Of a DNA stretch of 64,000 nucleotides, positions 24,010 to 33,208 are shown one piece after another. The stretch lies in NCBI GenBank assembly GCA_044892525.1, contig CM097885.1, positions 51,896,001 to 51,960,000 on the forward strand, in the 5' to 3' direction. A model generated the notes under the pieces. It saw only the letters and a list, made by a program, of their open reading frames with translations, did no database searches and had not been told where the DNA came from. The position numbers were made by a program, and so were the translations under genes. Position 1 is the stretch's first letter. Every line of letters starts with the position of its first letter. The DNA is from Schmidtea polychroa (Eukaryota).

Positions 24010-24587
24010 ATGACAACTGAAGAATCTTTGCAAGAATTAATAAATTCAAATAAAAAAAATCAGTAGTAATTGATGGTAAAAAATATTTTATTGGAAAACA
24101 TGTAAAAGAACAAGTTAGAGCGAAGCTCCACGAAGCTAAAGAAGGTGGCATTCTTCCATTAGCTGCTTTAATACCTGCAATCATTGCTGGTTTATCAGGT
24201 GCTGCTGGAATAGCTGGAGGAATTGCAACTACAGTTCAAAAAGCTAAAGAATCTCAAAAGACAGACCTAGAAAAAGAAAAACTACAAACTGAAATCGATT
24301 CAATGAAGAAGGTAGGGCAAGCTAAAGGGGGAGTGTCCGTTGGAAAGGGTCTCTATCTTAATCCATATGAGGGGAGTCGGCAAAAGTCTCAGGGCAAAGG
24401 TCTCTATCTTGATCCTTATAAAGATAGAGGTTTAAATGATTTTTTAAAAAATCAAATTTCTACATCTGAATCTTTATCTTCAAAAGATAAAGAAGATTTA
24501 AAAAAAATATGTAAATCTTTAAAGAATGGATGCCTTTGTAAAACTAAAAATGGTAAAGGATTATACTTGAAGCCCTTCGAACTATGA
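24010..24587 (+). CDS. Adenovirus protein X-like core protein precursor (frameshift in A8 run at 24052-24059)
   Basis: MTTEESLQELINSNKK then -1 frame SVVIDGKKY...GGILPLAALIPAIIAGLSGAAGIAGG...; three GKGLYL motifs; homologous to 1-468. Confidence 0.75.
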
Positions 24588-24609
24588 TACCATTTTTGAT
24601 ACCATTAAA

Positions 24610-25491
24610 ATGGTATATGAAGAAAGATTAGCACTTTTAAAAATATTACAATCAGAACAAGATAAATATAATAAAAAAGATACAACTCAACATGCTGAAT
24701 CTATAATATTAAATGAGGTAATAACACAACAACAGGGGCCAACAATTAAAGCTATAAAAGAGTTGGAAGATTTCAATGAGCAAGCAAAATTTAAAGAGTT
24801 AGAAGATAAAAAACAAAAAATAAAAAAACTAGAGTGGCAGGATAAAGAAAAAGAATCCAGTGAAAACCATCCTGAAAGAAATCAAAGAAAACGCAGAAGA
24901 ATTTCTAATGTGGAAGAAGAAGAAATGTTTTTAAAAACAAAACCTCTTAAAGTTGATCCTAAAATTAGAGATGATTTACCTCCTTCAATTAGACCCACAT
25001 TTAATACTAATACTGAAGGATATCAAATAATAACAATTAATAAACAAAACTTTACTTTATATTCAAATTCAGAAAATAAATCACGTATTCATTCACAAAA
25101 TGTTTATAATAATGAATATTTAGACTTTGAATTTACAGATGATTTTTATAGATTACTTTGTGGATATTCTTCAGATGATGTTGAAGAAATTAAAAAATAT
25201 TTAAATTTAATAAGATTAATAAGAGCTAGTTCTAAAGCAAAATATATTCAAGATTTAAAGAATTATTTAAATAAAAATGAAAAGGGTTATGTTGTTACAG
25301 AGGGAGAGGGATTAATTAGTGAAGGTGGTAAACCAAATCCCATCAATCTTTTTATTGAATTAAGAAAACTATTAGCTGCAAGGAAAGCAGGACATAATAA
25401 TTTAGATTCTGATATTTTAAAGATTTCTAAAGATTTGTTAAAACAAGGAATAATTTCAAAAGATAAATTTAATAAGTATACGAAGTTATAA
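24610..25491 (+). CDS. Conserved Polinton protein of unknown function
   Basis: 293 aa, homologue of 458-1291; basic NLS-like RKRRR; C-terminal LRKLLAARKAGHNN. Confidence 0.78.
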   Translation: MVYEERLALLKILQSEQDKYNKKDTTQHAESIILNEVITQQQGPTIKAIKELEDFNEQAKFKELEDKKQKIKKLEWQDKEKESSENHPERNQRKRRRISNVEEEEMFLKTKPLKVDPKIRDDLPPSIRPTFNTNTEGYQIITINKQNFTLYSNSENKSRIHSQNVYNNEYLDFEFTDDFYRLLCGYSSDDVEEIKKYLNLIRLIRASSKAKYIQDLKNYLNKNEKGYVVTEGEGLISEGGKPNPINLFIELRKLLAARKAGHNNLDSDILKISKDLLKQGIISKDKFNKYTKL

Positions 25492-25513
25492 ATACGAAGT
25501 TTTAAAATACAAA

Positions 25514-25978
25514 ATGACTCCTACAATATTAGATTTTTTAAAAACATTTGGAATAAATGCAAAAACAAATTTTGATTTAAAAGATTATGCAAATTATTTA
25601 AATTTAAAATTTAAAATATTAATGAATGATGAATTATCAAGTCTGGAGAGTCCCCTGAATATAATAATCAATTATCAAAATTCAAATGAAAAAGGATCTC
25701 ATTGGGTTTGTATATATAAGAAATCTATCTACTTTGATTCTTTTGGGATTAAACCTACTAAAGAAGTTGAAGATTATCTCTTGAGGGGTTCTCCGATTGA
25801 TTCCCCAAATGGTTATACTTTTAACTCTTTACAAGTTCAACCTTTGAATACTAAAATATGTGGTATTTTAAGTTTATATGTTTTGTATAGATTGAATAAG
25901 GGAGAGGGAAAGGGGCATACGCAGGATTTTGAATCTATAATTCAAGAAATTTATAATGATCTAGAATCTCTACTATAA
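25514..25978 (+). CDS. Adenain-family cysteine protease
   Basis: GSHWVC, YFDSFG and QVQP...CG catalytic motifs. Confidence 0.93.
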   Translation: MTPTILDFLKTFGINAKTNFDLKDYANYLNLKFKILMNDELSSLESPLNIIINYQNSNEKGSHWVCIYKKSIYFDSFGIKPTKEVEDYLLRGSPIDSPNGYTFNSLQVQPLNTKICGILSLYVLYRLNKGEGKGHTQDFESIIQEIYNDLESLL

Positions 25979-26064
25979 GGATTTTTACTATAAGGATTTT
26001 TACTATATGAATTTACTGCTAAAGAAATGGAGCTTCACAACCCTCCGGAAGATAATTTAAAAAA

Positions 26065-26790
26065 ATGGTAAACATAATGTCAGATAAATATTCAAGAACT
26101 TTATCTATAAATTCAAAAGAATCAGAGTTTACTATAAACTTTCAAGATTCAATTAAATTAGATCAAAATTTAAATTATGAATTGGGGCTATTATGGTTTT
26201 GTGCTTATAATACTATTTTTAATATAACTAAAGATAATAATAAATTTACTATTCAAACTCGTGATGGGCATAAACCAGAAATTATAACAATAGAACCTGG
26301 GGCATATGAGATAAAAGATTTAAATGATATACTTTCTAAAAAAACAAATGAAGGTATTAAAATTAAAATGGATATACCAACTTCAAAATGTGTAATGACT
26401 TTGAAGAATATAAAAATTAGTTTTTTAGATAATTGTTTCTTTCACACAGTTTTAGGATTTAAACCTATGGATATAACAATAAAAGAAGATAAAATAATAG
26501 CATCAGAACATATTATAAAAATAATAAATACAAACACAATAAATATTCATTGCGATTGTATAACAGGTTCTTATAATAATGGTAAACAAACAAATGTTTT
26601 ATATTCCTTTCCCTCAAACACAGTTCCTATGGGATATAAAATAGTTGAAAGAATGAATCCTCCAAATTATTTACCTTTATGTAGAAAATATATAATGGAT
26701 ATTAATTTTAAAATTCTTAATCAAGAAGGAGAATTGATTGATTTTAATGGAGAAGAGATTTCAATGTATTTACATTTGAAACAGGTTTGA
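26065..26790 (+). CDS. Penton/minor capsid protein (single jelly-roll)
   Basis: 241 aa. NYELGL...YNTIFNIT...NNKF, IEPGAYEI, INIHCDCITGSY, NQEGELIDFNGE are typical of Polinton minor capsid proteins. Confidence 0.88.
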   Translation: MVNIMSDKYSRTLSINSKESEFTINFQDSIKLDQNLNYELGLLWFCAYNTIFNITKDNNKFTIQTRDGHKPEIITIEPGAYEIKDLNDILSKKTNEGIKIKMDIPTSKCVMTLKNIKISFLDNCFFHTVLGFKPMDITIKEDKIIASEHIIKIINTNTINIHCDCITGSYNNGKQTNVLYSFPSNTVPMGYKIVERMNPPNYLPLCRKYIMDINFKILNQEGELIDFNGEEISMYLHLKQV

Positions 26791-26814
26791 AGATTCATTT
26801 TAAATTATTAATAA

Positions 26815-27824
26815 ATGAGTTCTTATATTCCATGTAATAGAGGTGGTGGAACAATAAAAACAGGGTTTAATACAGAAGAAATATTAACTTTAACAGAAAA
26901 TAAATATATTAATGAAAGAGGTGATTCAATGAAGGGTGATTTAATTTTAAATGGACACAAGATAAAAGAATTATCTTTTCCAACTGATGAAGCTGATGCA
27001 GTTAATAAGAAATATGTAGATGGTGTTAAAAATATACTGATTTAACAACAACAAGAATTGAAAGTTCATTAACAACAAAAATTGATTCAATGGAATCAAA
27101 GCTTAATAATATCGAACAACGATTTAATGATAAATTTGACAAGTTACAAAGTCTGTTAACTGAACAAGTTGTAAAGTTAAATACTGCTATATTAAATTCT
27201 AAAGATAAACAAATTATGAATACTAAATTTAATACAATATATAAAATAATAAATGAGATGATTACATCATTTAATAAAAGAATTTCAAATTTAGAGTCTC
27301 ATGGAACACACATTAACACCACACATAGTATTAGAAAAAGAGCTGCTGAATTAGAACAGAATAAAACATTATTACCCCATACATATAAACATTTTATAGA
27401 ACCAAGTTTAATAACAACAAACAGTAAAGAATGGGGTGTTTTTATGGTTGTAAAAATTATTGATCCTTATTTCTTTTTGTTTGATGATGATAATGAAAGA
27501 ATGAAATGGTTTGTGAAATGTGATTATAATAGTAAGCTTGAAAAGGGTGATGTTATAATGACTAGTTATGATTTACCACACGGAGATTGGTATGTTAATA
27601 CTCATTCACATGGACTACATAAAGTTAAAAGTAAGAATATTCATTTTTCTAGTTCACTTGTACAATATATAGATTTAATATTTTATGAAAAAAAGGTTGA
27701 TGTTGATGAAGTTCGTAAAGCATTGAGAGAATTGTATAAAGATATCCTCTCAACAAGAGTTTCTTTTGATATCCGAGTATTGGTGCCAGATGGTGCTCAG
27801 AAGAATAAAGTCTTATTTTTTTAA
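26815..27824 (+). CDS. Fibre-like protein (frameshift in A5 run at 27028-27032)
   Basis: GDSMKGDLILNGHKIKELSFPTDEADAVNKKYVD is a tail-fibre/YadA-neck-like repeat. One extra A joins it in frame (VKKYTDLTTTRIESS...) to the coiled coil and C-terminal domain of 27090-27824. Confidence 0.7.
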
Positions 27825-27832
27825 TTATTAAA

Positions 27833-28429
27833 ATGGAAGAAGTAAGAGAAGAAAAAATTTACCCAGAATTGAGATCATCAGGATATTATTCTTCCAAGGC
27901 CTCGGCTCCCACAGAACTTGAAAGTATGAGAGTAAAAGAATTTAAATCAGAAACCTTACATTTACAAGATTTATTAAAGCATTATAAAAAAATTAAAAAT
28001 AGATGGAATAAAGGGAATACAGTTTTAAAAGTTATAGGTTATTCTTTAGGATTTGCATCTGCAATATTAACAGTTATTTTACCCATAACTTTACCAGTTG
28101 TTACTCTTGCACCTGTAATACTTGGAAGTATTTCTGTGGCTGATGGTTTCTTAACTGAAATAGTTTCATTATCTTATACTTCTAAAAAGAAAAGTTTATA
28201 TAGAGAAGTTTGTTTATCAATAGAATTAGGAATCTCTAAATTATTTTTATTTCAATTAAAAGCTTTGGAAGATGGAATCCTGACAGACGAAGAAATAATG
28301 AAATCAAATCAAATAATACAAGATATAAAGAATGAGGTTATAAGATTAAAAAGGGAGGGCATGGTGGCTAATGTTATAAGTAATAAAAAAACATCTCGAG
28401 AAAAATGGTTAAAGAATTCTTACTTATAA
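27833..28429 (+). CDS. GasderminX-like putative membrane-active protein
   Basis: Hydrophobic hairpin followed by KKK...LKALEDGILTDEE, as in the conserved Polinton/beta-adintovirus membrane protein. Confidence 0.7.
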   Translation: MEEVREEKIYPELRSSGYYSSKASAPTELESMRVKEFKSETLHLQDLLKHYKKIKNRWNKGNTVLKVIGYSLGFASAILTVILPITLPVVTLAPVILGSISVADGFLTEIVSLSYTSKKKSLYREVCLSIELGISKLFLFQLKALEDGILTDEEIMKSNQIIQDIKNEVIRLKREGMVANVISNKKTSREKWLKNSYL

Positions 28430-28523
28430 AATGGGTGTATTTTTAAAAAAGTAGATCAGGTTGCTATAGTTGCTTAAATTAATTGTCGACATTTTATTAT
28501 TAAAAAATTAAATATCGTTGGTT

Positions 28524-31500
28524 TCAGTTATGGTTGAAAGCCAACCTATGAATCATTAATTTATGATCTTTAAATTCTTTATCACTTAGACCTTTTATAT
28601 ATTCAGGATCAGTATTAAAATATTTAAGTTCTAAACATATAGGATTAAAAACTTGAGAATATAAAGGTTTCTCGATTTCTCTCTCGGGATAAATAATTTC
28701 AACATTATAAATATCAAGATCAGTAATCTTTGTATCATATAACTTATTCAACTTTTCTAGATTTTTTATTATAGGGATTAAATTATTTCCAATAGGTAGA
28801 GTTGTCTTTAAATCACTTAGTATGAATCTCTTATCATCATAATTTGATAATGATACTTTTTGAGATTCTATCAAGTGAATATCATGGTTTTCACTTTTAA
28901 GTTGATGTATTTCATCAATTTTATCTTTATGATTTGGATTCAATGTATCTATATAATCTTGATGAGAAAGATTCTTTGCCACCACTCTCTGTATTCCTTT
29001 ACATCTGTTATCCTTTACAGGTTTTTCTTCTTTAGGAAATATAGGATATCTATGTGTAATGGTTTCTTCTGTTTCTGGAGTTTTAAATATAAATGATCTA
29101 GTTATAAATTCAGGGTTTCTAAATGTTTCGTATGAATATTGTTTAGCACGAATAAATATTCCATTTTCTATAGGAGTAAAAGGTTTTTCATCTTTAAACG
29201 AAAATAGTTCTCCAGATGAATTTATTAAATTTGAAAGTATAGGATTTTCTTTCATATCTTTTTGTAAATCATGAGTTCTTATTGTTAAAAACATTGAATC
29301 TGTATCCATTGCATGCATTGATATATTTGCTCCGTATATAGGTTGTAAGATGTTATAATATGTTTCATACATTTGTAATTTTGAAAGTTCTAAAATTGTA
29401 AACCCTATAAATATTGGTTTGTTATATGTTTTCTCATAATTTTTTAATTCTACTGCAGTAAGATTTTCAGAAAATACTTGTGCGTTTTTAAATGTAGGCT
29501 TTCCTAGCATACGATTATAACGCTTAATATCTTTGGCAGTATTAGTTAGGAGTTCAATATGAGTATATTTATCAACATTCTCCATTGTTTTCCCAAAGAC
29601 TGAATTGTTTAAAATTTTATAATTATTATCTTTAAAAAGATTACCTTCTCTTTTTGCAATGTTTCGGCACCTAATGTTCTCCTCGATAAAAGCTTTCATG
29701 AATGGAGCTTGTTTAAATCTTATGACACTATGAACTTTTTTTAATATCATTCCTCGTGAAAGATAAAATTGGAGGAGTCTATAGTGACAAAGATAAAACC
29801 TTCGATCTGTTTGATCACAAAGAAGTTTCATTGTTGGAGGTTTATCTTGTGAGATTTGCCATTCAGAAAGTTCGTTGATATCAATCTTTCTTCTTATGGG
29901 AGCTAAAGGAAAATATCTTGTTCCTGATTTTATATCATCTGGATAGTCGAGGTCGCATTCTATAAAGTAACCTATTGGAGAATCTTTCGATGTTGAAAGT
30001 ATTTCTTTCATAAGGTCATCTGTTGGGTTCTCTATTTCAGTGAAATCACCCATTGGTAAAAATTGAGTCATAATTCCTGAATATAAAGCTGTTGCATCTA
30101 TATAAAGTATAAATATAGGATTTTTCATTGTTTCTAATAATTCTTTTAATTCCTCATTGTTAATTTTCATATATGGATCATCAGGGTGTTTAGATAGTCT
30201 TCGGTTAGTAGTTATTGCATTTCTAGTTTTTATTTCTCTATTCCCCATTACTGAAGAGACTCCTCCTCTAATGTTTGTTTTAATTTGGTTAAACATATCG
30301 AGGTTAGTTAAAAGATCTATAATTTTATCAGCATCTTCTATATTTGAAGTCCAAATGGTATATAACATAGTATCCCAAGCTAAAGAGGGTGCAGTTATAT
30401 AATTATAAGGTTTAAGAACAAAAGAGTTTGTAAATTCTTCAAAGCAATCTGCTAGAATATAAACATCCAAGGATAAATACATACTTGTATATTCTCCTAA
30501 AGTTTTACACTTGAATAATTCCCACATTTTATTTGCTCGAGAATATTCTTGATTTGTAATATGATTTTTTTGAAGTTGTGAATAGAAATCTTCTTGGCTA
30601 GGAAGACTTGTTTCATTATATCTTTCAAACGAGTCAACATAGTCATAAGGATATATTCCTTTTGCTAAACATGTAGGATATTCTTCTAGAGGAATATTAT
30701 TTTTTTCCAAGAATTCTCGAGTGATTTTAAAATTTTCTGGTTTCATTGTTTTTGCTACTGCATCTAAAGACATTTGGAGAAAGTTTAACGAGTCTATAAA
30801 TTTTAATTTTCCATATTCAATTGATTTATATTTTTCCTTTGTTAAGCCGATAACTTTGAAAGAGTTTTTAGCATTTGCTGCGAGGTGTTTAATAAATAGA
30901 TGTATGTCATATCCAAAAAGATTATGAAATATAACAGGTATAAATTTAGGAGTATGGCAATTAAGATTGCAATTTTTATGAGCTGCTCCTCGATAATTTT
31001 CCTTTTTTAAATGATCATGATCTATAACTTTTTCATCAGGAAGAATATTCTGTTTACACATCCAACAGTTGGAAGTATTTTCATATTCTTGTTGTTGTTG
31101 ATTAGAAATATTTTGAGGATACTTTGTTTTTAATATTTTAAATATTTCATGTTCTAGATCATTTATATTTTTAGTAAAATTATTCAAGACTTCTTCAGGG
31201 GTACCTCCTAGAATTGAATATTCTCTAGATTCTATGAGTTCAGGATAATTACTTTTAAATAATAATTTATAAGCAGATGGTAATTGTTTAGTTTTTTTAA
31301 CACTATTAGGTTTATTTCTTTTTCTTAGAAAGGCTTTCATCCTCTCTGGTTTCATCTTCTCTCCTGAGGAGTTCCATAAATCCATGAGTTTATTTTTTTC
31401 TATTATTTTTAAATATTGATAAACCAAATCTTGTTTATGGTTTATAGATTCAAAGTCACCATAAAGAACTCCAACTGTTTGTAGTAAATTTGAAAAGTTT

Positions 31501-32801
31501 TTAAAATACATCTTGGGATTATTAGGCATTTTAATTAAAGCTGGATCATCTTTTTCACAAAATCTTGTATGTTTAATCATAGAGTTTTTAGTTGTTGAAT
31601 AATGAAGACATCTTTTACATGTTCCTCCTCCACTAGTTGGATTCTCTGGAGATGTAAAAGCTTGAAAGTTTTTTATTAAAACATAATGTTGATTATTTTC
31701 TTGTTCCAAGATTAAAAGATATATCTCGTTGTCCTGTGCTCCGTTATCCTTGGTTCCACTATCTGAAATATAAATTGGAATAATTTCTTTCCCTATAACA
31801 TGTTCATAAATATTAAGTTTAAGATTATTTAATTTTTCAAATTCTGGAATGTCTTCTAGTTTCATTGGGTGTTTGAATCCTTTGGGAAATATTAATTCAT
31901 TTTCATATTGTTTGTATTTTGAAACTCTTTGGGGATTTGTTGCTTGAGGATGTAAATGTGCAAGTATTGACCAGATGAAACATTTGTTATCATTATTCTG
32001 TACATTTATAACATTTTTAGATTTAAAGGGTGTAGGAATATAAGATTTAGGATTGGGTGGTAATCCTCTCCAATAATCAATCACTAAAGTTTGGAAAGAG
32101 TTGAATACTAGGTTTGAATCTCCTAATTCATTTTCTACTTCCTCTTGTTTTGCTTCTGCTGCTTTAATTATTTCTTTGATGGTTTTATCAAATCCTTTAA
32201 TTGAAAATAAATATTTAAAAGGTATTCCAATTTCAACATCTAAGGGTGTTGTCTTTTCTTCTGCTCCTCGCCAGTATTTTGCTTTGATTATAATTTTATA
32301 TTTTATAACATTATACCTTGTCGGTTTATAATTTTTTAAAGCTTCAGTGAAAGAATTTTTAATATTTTTTTTATTTTTATTTATATATTCTCCAGGAGTT
32401 GCAGGCCCATTAATTTTTAATTGAAATTCATCTATATGATTAAAATTATCCCAGTTATATTTTTCTCTTTCAACATGATCAGGCTCTCCTTCTGAATGAC
32501 ATTCCTCATCGTCAGAATTTTGTTTTTTATTTTTACATTCTTTTATATGTTCTAAATAATAGAAATTTAGTTTTGTTGAAAAGTTACAATGAGGACATGT
32601 AAATATTTCTCTATTTTTCCCGATACAATTTTCAAAATGTTTATTATATCCAGAATGTAGAAATCTTCCTTTACATTTAAGACAAAGTTTTGAATTTGTA
32701 TCATTAAGATTATTTTCTTTTAATAAATGAGCTTTCGATTTTAAGTGAGAAATTAATCCAGTTTTATTTTTAAAAACTTTATTGCAAATATTACAATTCA
32801 T
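28524..32801 (-). CDS. Protein-primed DNA polymerase B with N-terminal zinc fingers and endonuclease-VII-like insertion
   Basis: Intact ORF (alternative ATG at 32840). YGDFES, CWMC...DHDH...RGAAH..CN, FHNLFGYD, DVYILAD, YIDATALYS, KILNNSVFGK, MDTDS. Confidence 0.97.
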   Translation of the reverse strand: MNCNICNKVFKNKTGLISHLKSKAHLLKENNLNDTNSKLCLKCKGRFLHSGYNKHFENCIGKNREIFTCPHCNFSTKLNFYYLEHIKECKNKKQNSDDEECHSEGEPDHVEREKYNWDNFNHIDEFQLKINGPATPGEYINKNKKNIKNSFTEALKNYKPTRYNVIKYKIIIKAKYWRGAEEKTTPLDVEIGIPFKYLFSIKGFDKTIKEIIKAAEAKQEEVENELGDSNLVFNSFQTLVIDYWRGLPPNPKSYIPTPFKSKNVINVQNNDNKCFIWSILAHLHPQATNPQRVSKYKQYENELIFPKGFKHPMKLEDIPEFEKLNNLKLNIYEHVIGKEIIPIYISDSGTKDNGAQDNEIYLLILEQENNQHYVLIKNFQAFTSPENPTSGGGTCKRCLHYSTTKNSMIKHTRFCEKDDPALIKMPNNPKMYFKNFSNLLQTVGVLYGDFESINHKQDLVYQYLKIIEKNKLMDLWNSSGEKMKPERMKAFLRKRNKPNSVKKTKQLPSAYKLLFKSNYPELIESREYSILGGTPEEVLNNFTKNINDLEHEIFKILKTKYPQNISNQQQQEYENTSNCWMCKQNILPDEKVIDHDHLKKENYRGAAHKNCNLNCHTPKFIPVIFHNLFGYDIHLFIKHLAANAKNSFKVIGLTKEKYKSIEYGKLKFIDSLNFLQMSLDAVAKTMKPENFKITREFLEKNNIPLEEYPTCLAKGIYPYDYVDSFERYNETSLPSQEDFYSQLQKNHITNQEYSRANKMWELFKCKTLGEYTSMYLSLDVYILADCFEEFTNSFVLKPYNYITAPSLAWDTMLYTIWTSNIEDADKIIDLLTNLDMFNQIKTNIRGGVSSVMGNREIKTRNAITTNRRLSKHPDDPYMKINNEELKELLETMKNPIFILYIDATALYSGIMTQFLPMGDFTEIENPTDDLMKEILSTSKDSPIGYFIECDLDYPDDIKSGTRYFPLAPIRRKIDINELSEWQISQDKPPTMKLLCDQTDRRFYLCHYRLLQFYLSRGMILKKVHSVIRFKQAPFMKAFIEENIRCRNIAKREGNLFKDNNYKILNNSVFGKTMENVDKYTHIELLTNTAKDIKRYNRMLGKPTFKNAQVFSENLTAVELKNYEKTYNKPIFIGFTILELSKLQMYETYYNILQPIYGANISMHAMDTDSMFLTIRTHDLQKDMKENPILSNLINSSGELFSFKDEKPFTPIENGIFIRAKQYSYETFRNPEFITRSFIFKTPETEETITHRYPIFPKEEKPVKDNRCKGIQRVVAKNLSHQDYIDTLNPNHKDKIDEIHQLKSENHDIHLIESQKVSLSNYDDKRFILSDLKTTLPIGNNLIPIIKNLEKLNKLYDTKITDLDIYNVEIIYPEREIEKPLYSQVFNPICLELKYFNTDPEYIKGLSDKEFKDHKLMIHRLAFNHN

Positions 32802-32907
32802 TTTTAGAAAAAAATTTTTTATTGGATACCCTGTTTTCATTTTATTTTTTAAGATTTATATTATTCATTTTTTATAATAAAAATTTAAAAAATGACAAAA
32901 AATCCAA

Positions 32908-32989
32908 ACCTTGATGGCGCAGTGGGCTAGACTGACACAGTGGTTCAAAATGCTAGCGGTTCAAATCACATCTGAGGTTAGTTTTTTTT
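32908..32989 (+). ncRNA. tRNA-like Pol III unit 1 (right TIR copy)
   Basis: ACCTTGA-TGGCGCAGTGG (A box at +8)...GGTTCAAATC (B box)...TGAGGT, then T8. Confidence 0.62.
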
Positions 32990-33125
32990 CAACATAAAAT
33001 AATATTAAAAATTTGAAAATAATATTGAAAATAGTGTGGGTATCTTATATTTATAAAGTACTTGTATATTTTATTTTATTTTATTTTTTTATAAATTAAA
33101 AATTAAAAAAATGACAAAAATCCAA

Positions 33126-33208
33126 ACCTTGATGGCGCAGTGGGAATAGACTGGCACAGTGGTTCAAATGGATAGTGGTTCAAATCACATCTGAGGTTAG
33201 TTTTTTTT
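33126..33208 (+). ncRNA. tRNA-like Pol III unit 2 (right TIR copy)
   Basis: Same A box, B box and T8; middle section diverged from unit 1. Confidence 0.62.

Noticed and set aside
32908..33208. Bona fide tRNA genes (e.g. Cys, from ACA/GCA in a small hairpin loop)
   Set aside because: The D stem cannot pair, there is no canonical 7-nt anticodon loop with U33 and the T stem is imperfect; kept only as tRNA-like Pol III units.
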